64,000 nt of DNA from Tubulanus polymorphus (GCF_964204645.1 NC_134031.1:14247807-14311806); one strand, 5' to 3'. Positions 24,635-37,705 are shown, numbered from the stretch's first letter. The notes: a model not told the origin generated them from the sequence alone. Numbers and translations are program-made.

Positions 24635-27479
24635 TTTCATAATAATAAATTTGATCGTATAATTTTAAATTCGAAGTGTGGGATTTCTTCATTTATGCAC
24701 ATAGATAATCTGGAGCAAAAGAACTCGAGCGGTTTCACAATCAGTTGAAATAAATCTTAGTTCTAATGTTTAACTCTATAGTCCTAACTTGGAACTATGG
24801 AACAGAATCCTGGTGGCGGATTGGCTGCTTGCAGTAACACCCTTTTCGCTTCATTTTTTGGTGCTTATGTATGTTACTTCGAGACTTTGTAATTTTTTGA
24901 CGCCTTATAAAACGTTACCATTATGAAACCTAAACAATGTTAAGCATTCAGCGTCATTTTACAAACGAAAACCGTAAATCGATGGGCAAAACGTCACAGG
25001 TCTATGTGTACACATACAAGCTATTTGGCAAAGTATTATTGACAAAGATGTAGAATGTCTTCCTGTGATTATATAATGAGCTCTATTTGAACGTCGAAAT
25101 GTTATATTGCATTGAATATCATGAGAAGACGTATTGTAATAGTAATGGATGTATGAATATATCAGAAGCGACAGGTATAAATAGAAATGATAAGTAAATC
25201 GGATAATTCGGTCAAAATCGCGGTTGTATACACGATGCGGAAGTCTGATATAAAAGTCAGACCCTGACAGATTGCCAAATTCAATTAAGTTACAAATCTT
25301 AAGATAAGAAAATACAATATACAAAACACAAGTTACAAATTTGAAAATAAGAAAATACAACATACAAACACATGCGTAATTCATACAGAATAACATAAAC
25401 AAGCTATTTCAAATGACGTCCACTTTAACCCAGACTCAAGAGGATATCGAGTGGCAGCCAAACCGAGTGGGCTAGGCCACACGATATGCTCCAAAGTCAT
25501 GATGAAGCAGACATCAGAAGAGCTCTTTCCTCAGCCATAGGCAATGAAGTTGCAGACCAGCTTAGAGGCAAAAGGGAAATTGACAATTTTTAATTACAAA
25601 AATTAAACCACTATTTACAGTCGAAGGCCTGTATCACCTACCCAATCGCCAACTCTCATAATTCCCCAAATTTCTTAAAACTTCTATTTCAAATTTGCAA
25701 TCCCACGTTAGCTAATCCCAAAAAGTCTACATTTTTTTCGAAGGCGTCAAATAATTTTTTAAAATTAATTTTCTTTTTTCTTGCTCCATTTGCTAGAGGG
25801 ACCATGCTGTAAGTTATATGCTGTTGGGAGGAGGGCACAGTGGGATGCAGTGGATCAATTACTCCTCCGTTTGACTTTTAGGGCTATTTCTGGTGCTTTT
25901 ACATAACATGTTTTATAGACGTTGAGTGTGCTGAGTTACGTAATTGATCACCCTGAGAATAATTGATATCCATACGCTACTGATATAGACCGCGTTGGTG
26001 CATTAGTTCGGTCGCTTAATGAGTAATATGTTCTGCCTTGACTTCTGGGATTCGAACCCATCGGTCGTCGATTCGTGTAAGTAATTGCTTTCCTTTTCAC
26101 ACGGATTAATTCCCAATTCTCAGACGATCTACGGAGAGTCCACTCAATTAATTAGACATATGAATAACACCGCTTTACTCTCGTGTGGCTTTCTGGGGCC
26201 GGAGTTTACACGATAAAATCTGACACCTGATGAGTAGGTCACTACTCATCCGATGAAGCTACTATACAATATTTAACCGTTACTGGACCCAGGAACCTTA
26301 TTCACTAACGTTACGCAAGTTGTCGTGGATGATTTGCGTTACGAGACCATTTACGATGAATATCAGTTTGCGTTGCGTGGTTTTCACTTAACTCCTCGCA
26401 AAGAGTGAATGGAACTAGCCCACAACTGTAGAACTAAGCCCATTACTATGAAACTGAGTCTAGAGCTGTGGATCCTGAACTGTGGAACTGGATACTGAAT
26501 AGTGGAACTAGATCCAGACCAGATTTTGATGTCAATTGGGATTTCACCTTGAACTCGATTTGCGGACAGCGACAGCAGCCATTACGTGCCGTGGATCACG
26601 TGATGACCGCGCTGCAGTAGCAGACGATGCTGTTGTGTTATTCACACTGACATGAATTGACAAGGACAAAAATCGATGTTTGTAATCAAAGTCTGAGGGT
26701 GACAATTCCCAGAAATGCTATTATCGAGAAATAATGGACGAGACAGTCCAGTGAATACCTGATCTTATTGTCTCTTTCTTTCTAATACATGGTGGCTGCA
26801 CTTTTCGGCAAAATACGAGCATATCTAGCAAAATAACGTAGTCTTCTGTTCTGAATTCTTGTGGTGACCTCATTGAAAACAATTTGTATTTGAATTTATT
26901 CATCATCAAATAAACAATTATCATATTTACATTAACATAACATTTCAAATCATCCATGATGGGAATGGACGCCGTACCTTTCTTATACGTAACTTCTGAT
27001 TGATTTTATGATTTTGGTATCGAGAATACGAGCGTTACTTGCGTGAAAAAAGAGAGTTTAAGGGTGCCCCTTACTTCATACAGATCTGCGAGAATTCGTT
27101 ACAATTTCCCCGCTTTCAAATTTAAGGGATTTTTTCGAGGAGGGGATATATCTGTACAATTCGTTTAGAGTTCAAACATCAAAGCTCGTTTAATCAAACC
27201 TGCCACCCCTCGTTAAATTACGTCTTCTGTGAATATTTTTCATTCCCGCCTTCTAGTCTATCTATTCACGTCTCCTGATTATGACGTACCTCCTAATTCG
27301 ATTTGGAGTCAGCGATTAAAAAACCATTCCCGATATAAACGTTATTATCGTGTTACAAGATGGGAATTGACTGACATCGTCGAGTGCTTCAGACATATAC
27401 ACAGAGATTGTCGTGTAAAGTGCTGTATTACAACACTTCGCACCAGAGAGCACTTATAGAAATGGGATTATTCTATAAA

Positions 27480-27670
27480 CTACCTCTTCTCTCCTACCTC
27501 GCCTCTCCTCTCCTGTCCTCTCCTCTCCTCCCCTCTCCTCTCTCCTCCCTCCTCTCTTCTATTCTCTTCTCTTTTCCTCTCGACTCGCTTCCCTCTCCTC
27601 TGTCCTCTCCTCTCTTCTTTCTACTCTCTCTCCTTTCCTCTCTCTTCTTTCTTATTTCTTTTCTTTCTCA
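27480..27670. repeat. CT-rich simple repeat
   Basis: (CTCTC)n-like polypyrimidine tract. Confidence 0.85.
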
Positions 27671-27889
27671 CGAAAACACGTTTGAAGTGTTTTTATAGTT
27701 CTTTGAATCCTACGTCTTTTCACTGTGAGATCCACTAACAAGCCAGGTGTTGACTGGTCTGCTTGCTCCATGGCGAGTGGTCACGCAAACTTATAGAAAC
27801 CCACTTAACAAGATTGCAGTAAAGCACCACATTGGCGTTGTCGATCTCCCAACATCAAACGACAAAAATATAATCAAAGTTCCGTTTTT

Positions 27890-28245
27890 CTGTGTGAGAG
27901 AGCGAGAGAGGGAGAGGGAGAGGGGGGAGTGAGGGAGGGAGAGGGTAGAGGGGGAGAGTGAGAGAGGGAGAGGGTAGAGGTAAAGGAAGATGTAGAGGTA
28001 AAGGAAGAGGTAGAGGAAGAGGTAGAGGTAAAGGAAGAGGTAGGGGCAGAGGCAAAGGTAGAGGTAGAGGTAGAGGTAGGGATAGAGGTAGAGGTAGAGG
28101 TAGATGTAGAGGAAGAGGCAGAAGTAGAGGTAGAGGCAGAGGCAAATGTAGAGGTAGAGGCAGAGGTAGAGGTAAGGAAAGAGGTAGAGGTAGAGGTAGA
28201 AGTAGAGGTAGAGGTAGAGATAGAGGTAGAGGTAAAGGCAGAGGG
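27890..28245. repeat. (GAGGTA)n hexamer microsatellite
   Basis: Explains the LY-, LP- and RG-repeat ORFs. Confidence 0.9.
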
Positions 28246-29420
28246 GGCTGCGTGAACTCTTCAGGGAATCATCGTGCATGAGATCATTTCTCAGTAAGTT
28301 TCTGTGTGTCGTGGTGAATTATGCATCGGTATCATTAACACATCCCTGGAGAACCCCCTTCCCGTGAACGACTCCTTCAATAGCGTATGGTTTATTTTTC
28401 ATCAACTTTCCGTCGATGCATCTCTTATTCTCCTCAAGTGACGTCTCCCAGATTCATTTGAGAGCGAATTGAAAAATCTCTACAGCAGAATGAAAAAATG
28501 ATATATCAATCTTTCAATCTCGGAGATTGAAAACAGACTGACGCGTTCACACATTACCCGGTGCTTTGAATTGTAGGTTGAACTACGCATGTGCAGTTAA
28601 TGAACCTGGGTTGAGCTTTCACAAGAATGATTCATAACTCCCAATTAACTGAATAAATGAAGGAATTAACTCTTAAATGTTATATGGACTTTCTTGTGAA
28701 ACTAAGCCCAGTTGAAGAAGTAATGATCCATGGGCTAATAGGGTATTGGAGGCTCATAGGCTCAGTCTATCTTGTTTACTAGATAAAATAGTAATACAGA
28801 GCAATCGTTGCTATTGCTGACTAGCGGCCATCTTTATCATTTTCAAGTATTTTTATGATTATATCACATTTCACTACCTGACCAGACAATGAGATGCATA
28901 GCGACCGTGTCACTATTTATTGCTGCCTAGGGGTCACCTTGATTTTTTAAATATGCTCATGATGCAATCACATTTCGCTTCAATGATATGCTTAGCGACC
29001 GCTGCTACCTGACAATCAATTGGATTGCGGTGGGCGGGGGTGGGCGGAATGTCATCGAAATCGTACACTGCGTCAATTCAAGAGCCACCGTTGCTTAAGA
29101 TGCCTAGCGGCCATCTTTATCTAAATATGTCTTTCTCACTCACTTCGTCTATTGGTTTCTCCACGGCGGTGGTGAGTGACTCTATTGCGGTTGATTTAAG
29201 TTAGGTATTAAGAAATCGTGGTTTTTAGCGATGGGTTTCATGGGTTTCTTTAACAATCGAATATGGCTTCTTTAAAGCCGGGCGTTGGTCGGCTAATTTG
29301 TAGGTGGGAGGGGAAGTAACAGCATCCTGACTTTATTTGTTCTATGTAAACCAAAGCGAATAGATAATACAAATTCTCCCATTGAGAATAAAATAGTGCT
29401 CGAAAAGTTTTCTTTGAGTC

Positions 29421-29466
29421 GGTAGTTTATTTCAACGTTTCATCTACAGTAGACATCTCCGGAATT
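29421..29466 (-). ncRNA. Degenerate hammerhead copy (10.2-kb family)
   Basis: Minus strand ttc-CGGAGA-t-gtctac[t]gtagat-GAAACGTTGAAATAAACTAC; the 3' part is identical to 10216-10235. Confidence 0.5.
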
Positions 29467-30311
29467 TTGGTGTTGCAACAAAATTACGCAATATCATAAA
29501 ATTCCGAAGAAAGAAACAGATCAAGTTAAACACGATGTGATACAAACTAGGGTAAAAAAACAGTTGCAAACTAAACAAACGTTGATATATTTGAGCTCAA
29601 GGAAACATTTCAGACTCTTATTCTACGTAAGTGTGCAGGTATTTTACGCTGTCATTAAAACACAAGTATTTCATCAATGTCTATACGTAATGAATTCAGT
29701 TCGTTTATTCACTGCGATAGGAAATCTCCGCTAGTACCAAATTAACCACCTTTCAATCACCGAATCTCAATGGATCCATCCGTTTCGTATTCGTCACGGA
29801 CTCTGACGAAGACGGATCGGATAATTCCGTTAGTGTGCGCGCGGAGTTTTCCTCGATGTGACGTCATAAGTATTCCGTTAACGGTTCTTCAAATTCAAAT
29901 ATTCAAACATCTTTCCCGAGACAAGAGACGATCGAACGCAACAATGTTTCCGTTTAAACTGTCTGATCGTTTCGTTCTGACCATTTCGTTCCAGAGGGAA
30001 ATATTTGCGCAGTCACGACATCTTTAAGGTCCGATAACCAATTCAGCGAATTAAGATACAAAACCTGAGGATTTTCAGCGCTGAAGCTACCGAACAATGT
30101 GTCGTGCAACTAGTTGTAATATGTCAAGGTTGATACCAGACTATCTAAGTTCAATGCCTGATCTAATAACGTAAGACCAGTCTTTGGATTAAAGATAATT
30201 TTCGGATTTTCTAATTCAATACGACTTTTCATCTGAGCCCAAATTGGCCGGTTCTATAGTCATGGCTCAGATTAAAGACCAGTAGTTCTATAGCCAAACT
30301 AACATCTTGTT

Positions 30312-32345
30312 AGTTCTCCAGACTGTTCTACTCCAGACTGCTCTACTCCAGACTTCTCGACTCCAGTCTGCTCTTCTCCAGACTGTTCTACACCAGACTG
30401 CTCTACACCAGACTGCTCTACTCCAGATTGCTCTACTGCAGACTGCTCTACTCCAGACTTCTCGACTCCCTCCTGCTCTTCTCCAGACTGCTCTACTCCA
30501 GACTGCTCTACTCCAGACTGTTCTACTCCGGACTGTTCTTCCCCAGACTCGTCAACGCCAGACTGCTCTACTCCAGACTTCTCCAGACTCAGGGGCGGAT
30601 CTGAGGTTTGATTAAGGAGGGGGAGCAGGTAACTGGGCTTTTCTGGTGGCACCTGGGAGCCTTTGCGAATCATGTATCCTAGACATGTATTAAATAGCCA
30701 AAGATAAGAGTCGATAAGAAGAGTCATGGTCTAGGCGCCCCTTATGAAAGTCACCAGAAAACATCAACTATATTTTTGAAACACCCAATTACGGATGGTT
30801 TAGTTTTATGAACAATTTTACTCAAATAGAAAAAAATCTTAAAAAGAATTTTTTTAGGGCACCTTATATTGAGGGGGAAGCGCTCCCCCTGCTCCCCCTT
30901 GAAACCACCCCTGAGACTGTTCTACTCCAGACTGCTCTACTCCAAACTCCTCTTCACCAGACCCCTCTGCTCCAGACTGCTCTGCTCCAGACTGCTATAT
31001 TCCAGACTGCTCTCGTCCGGACCTCTCTGTTCCAGACTGCTCTGCTCCAGACTGCTATATTCCAGACTGCTCTCGTCGGGACTGATATATTCAGACTGCT
31101 CTGCTCCAGACTGCTATATTCCAGACTGCTCTACTCCTCCAGTCTGCTCTACTCCAGACTGCTCTGCTCCAGATTCCTCTGCTCCAGACTGCTATATTCA
31201 GACTGTTCTACTCCAGACTGCTATAATCCAGACTCTACTCCTCCATACTGCTTTACTCCTCCAGACTGCTCTACTCCAGACTGCTCTACTCAGACTACTC
31301 TACACCAGACCCCTCTGCCCCAGACCCCTCTGCTCCAGACTGCTCTGCTCCAGACTGCTCTACTCCAAACTCCTCTTCACCAGACCCCTCTGCTCCAGAC
31401 TGCTATATTCAGACTGCTCTGCTCCAGACTGCTATATTCCAGACTGCTCTACTCCTCCAGACTGCTATAATCCAGACTGCTCTACTCCTCCATACTGCTT
31501 TTCCCCTCCAGACTGCTCTACTGCAGACTGCTCTGCTCCAGACCCCTCTGCCCCAGACCCCTGCTTCAGACTGCTCTGCTCCAGACTGCTTTACTCCTCC
31601 AGACTGCTCTACTCCAGACTGCTTTACTCAGACTACGCTACACCAGACCCCTCTGCCCCAGACCCCTCTGCCCCAGACTGCTCTGCTCCAGACTGCTCTA
31701 CTCCAAACTCCTCTTCACCAGACCCCTCTGCTCCAGACTGCTATATTCTGACTGCTCTGCTCCAGACTGCTCTGCTCCAGACTGCTATATTCAGACTGCT
31801 CTGCTCCAGACCCCTCTGCTCCAGACTGCTCTACTCCAGACTGCTCTACTCCAAACTCCTCTTCACCAGACCCCTCTGCTCCAGACTGCTATATTCAGAC
31901 TGCTCTGCTCCAGACTGCTCTTCTCCAGACTGCTCTGCTCCAGACTGCTCTGCTCCAGACTGCTCTTCTCCAGACTGCTCTGCTCCAGAGTGCTCTACTC
32001 CAGACTGCTCTGTTCCAGTGACCTCTGTTCCAGACATCTCTGCTCCAGACTGCTTTACTTCAGCCTGCTCTACTTCAGACTCATTTACACCAGACCCTTT
32101 TGCTCCAGACTGCTGTACTTCAGACTGCTGTACTCCAGACCGCTCTAGTCCAGACTCCTCTAGTCCAGACTCCTCTACTCCAGACACCTCTGCTCCAGAC
32201 TGTTCTACTACAGACTGCTCTACTACAGACTGCTCTGCGCCGGACTGCTCTGCTCGAGCACGCTATACATACTCCAGACTGCTATACTCCAGACTGCTGT
32301 ACTCCAGACTGCTCTAGTCTAGACTACTCAACTTCAGACTGCCCG
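30312..32345. repeat. 15-bp minisatellite (CCAGACTGCTCT(A/G)CT)n, interrupted at 30590-30913
   Basis: Roughly a hundred units; source of the SGVEQ, LQTAL and DCSAP ORFs. Confidence 0.92.
30590..30913. mobile_element. MITE with CAGGGG...CCCCTG ends and 5-bp TSD
   Basis: CAGGGGCGGATCTGAGG...CTTGAAACCACCCCTG; AGACT is duplicated at 30585-30589 / 30914-30918. Confidence 0.78.
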
Positions 32346-32980
32346 GCGTGAGTTTGACATCTGAATTGATATCAATTTTCAAAAAGAGCAATCAACACAA
32401 GTTGCGAAACATCGATTTTATACCTGTAGGCTCTCAACTCAGAAACATTTCGAAATCAAATACGGTAAGCCCAATTTTCCTTTTTATACTTTCTCTGTCG
32501 TTTTTCTGTGCACAACCAACGCATCTTCCAAATTATGCCTCCCCAGGAGACCGATGTAATGTCTATTTTGCCGTATGAATTTTTCTGTGTGTTGAGAGGG
32601 TGATGCGACCACGCAGAAACGTGTGCGTGAACATGAAAATGAAATTTATTCCGGCCAGGGGTGCACACTACGATAATTCGATCGTGGATACAACTCCGTT
32701 AGGAACCACGAACGAAGTAAACTGCGCGAAATAATTGCGCAGGAGTTTAGTATTACCATATAAATGAATTAAAGCATAAGAAAATGACAGATGTGTGCGT
32801 GACCATAGTACAGAATGACAGAAACAGCTTTTAGGAGTCATTGGGAATGAGAAGTTCGTCATTAGTCATAATTTGGCTGAATCGTTGAAATCGTCGAGAA
32901 TAACAAAGTGGACATTAGTAACTTAGCATACTTAATTCTACTGAATCGTTCATTTTGATGAAGCTATTGGCTTAAGACAT

Positions 32981-33185
32981 AAAGCACGATCACACGGGGA
33001 CGATTTGGCCCGTGCCTAACTAGAGAGCGCTTTCACGCAAACCACTCACTCGATATTAGGCACTGCTCAAGCGTAGTGAGTCATTTCTGGAACCAGTTGC
33101 AATTCAAACGCAATCATTTGGCCCGCGTGAACAGGTGTTCCGGGCCTAGTTTGACCCGGGCCAACGCTCCTGTGATCGCGGCTTT
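32981..33185. mobile_element. Small MITE (PIF/Harbinger-like ends)
   Basis: AAAGCACGATCACACGGGGACGATTTGGCCC ... GGGCCAACGCTCCTGTGATCGCGGCTTT form imperfect TIRs. Confidence 0.55.
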
Positions 33186-33444
33186 GTGCGACATCGGTCA
33201 GGGTTTGTATCGGCGTACGCTTCGGCGGTAGGCAAACAACCCCTGGTAAGCGAGGCTGACATAAATAACGAAAGCTCGTACAAAAAACAACTCGATAAAC
33301 AAGTGACCCTTAAAAGTACCATCCATCTCGTTTTACACCAGGTTAGCACGGCTCCTCAATCTTCTGAATCGTTTGAAGTCATCCATAATGAGAAGCCATC
33401 ATTTCTATTGAATCGTTAAAGTTATTGAGAATAAGAGGGTCAAT

Positions 33445-34190
<746 letters not shown>

Positions 34191-34409
34191 GACAGATGTT
34201 AGTTCGTTGGGACGTGACTAGAATGTCTTCTCCTCGTCTGCGGTTTGCTGTTTGCTCTCACTGCCCTGACACAGACAAACTGCCTCCAGTCACCGAACAC
34301 ACTTTACCAAATATTATGTAGATTGACCGCGTGAAGTTAAATGTTGCTGACAGAACTTGAGGGATTTCTTTCATTTTCAACTGCAGTTAAACACTCGACT
34401 CCAAGGTCC

Positions 34410-34620
34410 CCAGTCTAAGCTCATCGTTTCATAACCATTACCACAACAGGTTCGATACCATACCTAACAACTTATGACCGGTCTAAGCTCGTTTTAGTTA
34501 TATAGCCAATATGACAACTTAAGACCTGTCTAAGCTCATCGTGGTTCCATAACCAATAATCATAACCGGTTCCATAGTAGATCTAACAACTTTAAGACCA
34601 GTCTAAGCTCATTATGGTTC
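34410..34620. repeat. Diverged tandem repeat
   Basis: GTCTAAGCTC...CTAACAACTT(A)AGACC recurs four times. Confidence 0.65.
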
Positions 34621-34878
34621 CAACCCGAACGCTTGAATCGCAAACTATAATATAGAATACTACATATAATACTGATATTTTACGCATTAAACCAGATGTT
34701 AGATTAATAGTAGATATAGATTGTAATCACTACCGCGTACACAAACCCTTCCAAGGTTTTTTCCCGTTTAGTTATGGGTGTTTTCGTGTCAAAATATTAT
34801 AGAATTGCACGATAGGGAAAGATGAGTCAAGCTTGAGTTAATACACATCTTAATTATCGGCACATCCATCCTCTCTCT

Positions 34879-35200
34879 CTGATTCGGGCCATAACGTAAA
34901 ATTCCTGGTATGCAAATGAGGGCGCCAGAACGCCGAAACGAAGAAAAAACGTCCAATTTTCTCTGAAAGTCCGCGGGGCGCCAAAACGGAATATTCTTTG
35001 TTTTGGCGCGCCAAAACGGATTTTTAGAGAAATTTCGACGTCTTGCGTTGTTTTGGCGTGGGTGTCAAAATGGAATATTCTTTGTATTGGCGCGCCAAAA
35101 AGGATTTTTAAAGAAAATTCGACGTTTTTTTTCGTTTTGGCATTCTGGCGCCCTCATTTGCATACCAGGAATTTTACGCTATGGCCCGAATCAGCCACCA
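34879..35200. mobile_element. MITE with long TIRs sharing termini with the 2528-3629 element
   Basis: CTGATTCGGGCCATAACGTAAAATTCCTGGTATGCAAATGAGGGCGCCAGAA... is inverted at ~35120-35200, ending GAATCAGCCACCA|TA; the left tip lacks TGGTGG. Confidence 0.8.
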
Positions 35201-36186
35201 TACCTCTCTATTCTCCCGCTCCCATTTCTGACCCCCACCTCTCTCTAAAACGTCCCATAACTCGCCGCCTTTCCTCTCTCCGTCCATATGAATTAATATC
35301 TTGTCTTGTCAACGTATCGGAAACTACAAAGTATTTCATCTTCATCTGTTATCAGGATTGCATCTCTTGCTCCCTCCTCTATATCATCTGATCCGGCGGC
35401 GATTGTAGTCAACACGTCAGCCGGAGCTCAATCCGTGCGCGCATTAGCCGCGGTCCGGATGTGTTCGGTCTTGTCAGGGCGCGTTTTAGAGGCTTTTAAA
35501 ATTCGCACTAATGGATTGAAACGTCGTGACAAGATGAGAAGTCGTTGTAGGAATATTAAACTTTTCATTCGGAAGCCCGTTGGCGAAACTAATTCGAGCC
35601 GCAGAATTCAGAAATCGAAATCTGAGAAGTCGTAGAACTGTAATATCAGATTTGATTTGTCTTGACGCACGTGTAGATCTAAAAGTTTCTAAATCCATCG
35701 AATCAAAGACAGGAAAATGCATTAAATATCACAATTAAGAGGCTGTCTGTATATAGGCCAACGGCCTTCTTCGACGGTAACTTATGATCTGATATGATAG
35801 AAGTAAAAAAGTAACAGCTATTAATTTGCAAGAAGAAACGCTTATTCTTCGTTTCGCGATTCAATACCAAAATGGTTGCGACACATTGTGGGTTGTCACC
35901 GTGGTATTTATCCACTTCCGCCAAGTTCCAGTCTTTACAGAGGGCATCCCACCTTCGGGCAATACCCGTAGAGCCGAAAAAATTAAAATGCATAACAGAA
36001 ACGAGGATTAGAATGAATCCTCAAATACGCACATTTTCACAACATTTGTCTTTTTCGTGACTAATCACTTGAAGCATCACCTGGGAGGTTGTTGGAATAT
36101 GTCGTAGATGGCGGTAGAGTACGGTGTCTATAATAAATTCGACGCGACGAATAATACTTTATATGTTAACTATAGTTTATTTGACG

Positions 36187-36228
36187 CGCGAGCTTTCGCT
36201 ACTAATATATAGTAGCTTCATCAGGTGA
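36187..36228 (-). ncRNA. Hammerhead ribozyme in a PLE-like pseudo-LTR fragment
   Basis: Minus strand tcac-CTGATGA-a-gctacta[tatat]tagtagc-GAAAGCTC-gcg, preceded by a TATATATA tract (~36257-36266); a degenerate inverted partner lies at ~36340-36430. Confidence 0.72.
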
Positions 36229-37064
36229 ATGCGTATAGTCAATGGAAAAACAAAAGTATATATATACAGGGCAAGATAGTTGAACAAAAACGACAGTATT
36301 TTATAGAATTCATAATTTTCATATCCTATAAGTACAGTTGTTTCTCCATTGACTTTACCTATTCATATGATAATGATGCTACCATACGCTAGTAGCGAAA
36401 ATTCGTGATTTATAATAAAATCAGTTAACCTACACATTTCTACCTGTTTACTTATTTACCCGATAAAGCTACTCTATACACTGATCGCGAAAGATATTCG
36501 TATCGTTGTATTCATTCTACACCCGCGGTTAGCACGGCACCTCTACGAATCTTCTCTCGTGGTGTCAATAACAATGAAACTCGGTCCTGCATTCGGGCTC
36601 AGTTTTGAATGTGTTTTACAAATTGTTTGATTTTCACGCCATTGACATTTCTACTGATGAACCCTGACGAGACAAACCGATACCATATAGCGACCACTTG
36701 ACTGCGACTTGCGGATATTGTAAAACCAGACGATGGAATTCAAGCAGCAATCAGTCTCTATTGTTTGCGTCAGTGAAACGCCTCTCAAATTTCGGGCACG
36801 AATTCAAATGAAATTCTTTCATTCGTTATTTCGATATTTTCCGACATTTTATGATTGTCATTTTAATGTTGACAAAATGATTTTTAAAAATCTCGCGTCG
36901 TCGCCATCAGCGGACAAATTGCTTTTTTGAATTTCTATTTCATGTCTGGATAATGGCACCATCGGTTCGTTCATTATTGTCGATTCGTCAATGTTGTAGT
37001 ATTTCAGAAATGTCTATAACTGTTGACATACGGGAATGTTAGGATATTGTTAGTGAATAGGAGC

Positions 37065-37620
37065 TGTCATCACATCTGACTGGTCACTGATCATTACACC
37101 TGTCTGGTCAACAGACACTACACCTGACTTATCAACAGTCACTACACCGAACTGGTCACTGGTCACCACACCTGACTGGTCACTGGTTACTACACCTGAC
37201 TGGTTACTAGACACTACACCTTGCATGTCCACTGGTCACTACATCTGAATGGTCACTGGTCACTACGCCTGACTGGTCACCAGACACACACCTGACTGGT
37301 CACAGACTGTACACCTGACTGGCCACTGGTCACTACATCTGACTGGTCACTGGTAACTACACCTGATTGGCCACTGGTCACTACACCCGACTGGCCACTG
37401 GTCACTACATCTGACTGGTCAATAGAAACTATTACTGACTGGTCACTACACCTGACTGGTCACCAGTAACCAAACCTGACTGGTCACCGGTCACTTCACC
37501 TAATTGGTCACTGGTCGCTACACCTGGCCGGTGACCAGTCACCAATCCTGACTGGTCACCAGTCACTTCACCTAACTGGTCACCATACACTACACATGGC
37601 TAGTCACCAGACACCACTCT
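37065..37620 (-). repeat. 24-bp minisatellite
   Basis: CACTACACCTGACTGGTCACTGGT units; reverse complement of the 21205-21610 array. Confidence 0.85.
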
Positions 37621-37654
37621 GACCAGACAAACATGCAAGACCACGCCAGTCAAT

Positions 37655-37705
37655 ACATCTCAGTGGTCTAATGGTTAGCATGCTCATACGCTGGTTCGAG
37701 TGCTA
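37655..37705 (+). repeat. Degenerate tRNA-derived (SINE head-like) fragment
   Basis: A-box-like TGGTCTAATGG and B-box-like GGTTCGAGT; no full cloverleaf. Confidence 0.3.

Larger units (their letters stand above)
24440..24696. mobile_element. Palindromic double-hammerhead insertion
   Basis: 13-bp TSD GCACATAGATAAT (24427-24439 / 24697-24709); 100-bp inverted arms 24489-24588 and 24597-24696 with one mismatch and an 8-nt spacer. Confidence 0.88.

Noticed and set aside
25990-26062. tRNA B-box-like GGGTTCGAATCCC on the minus strand
   Set aside because: No cloverleaf or A-box at the right spacing; at most a SINE relic.
30299-32351. Long repetitive ORFs (482 aa DCSAP/SRLLY, 220 aa LQTAL, SGVEQ)
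   Set aside because: They come from a 15-bp minisatellite that is open in several frames on both strands and interrupted by a MITE; no gene context.
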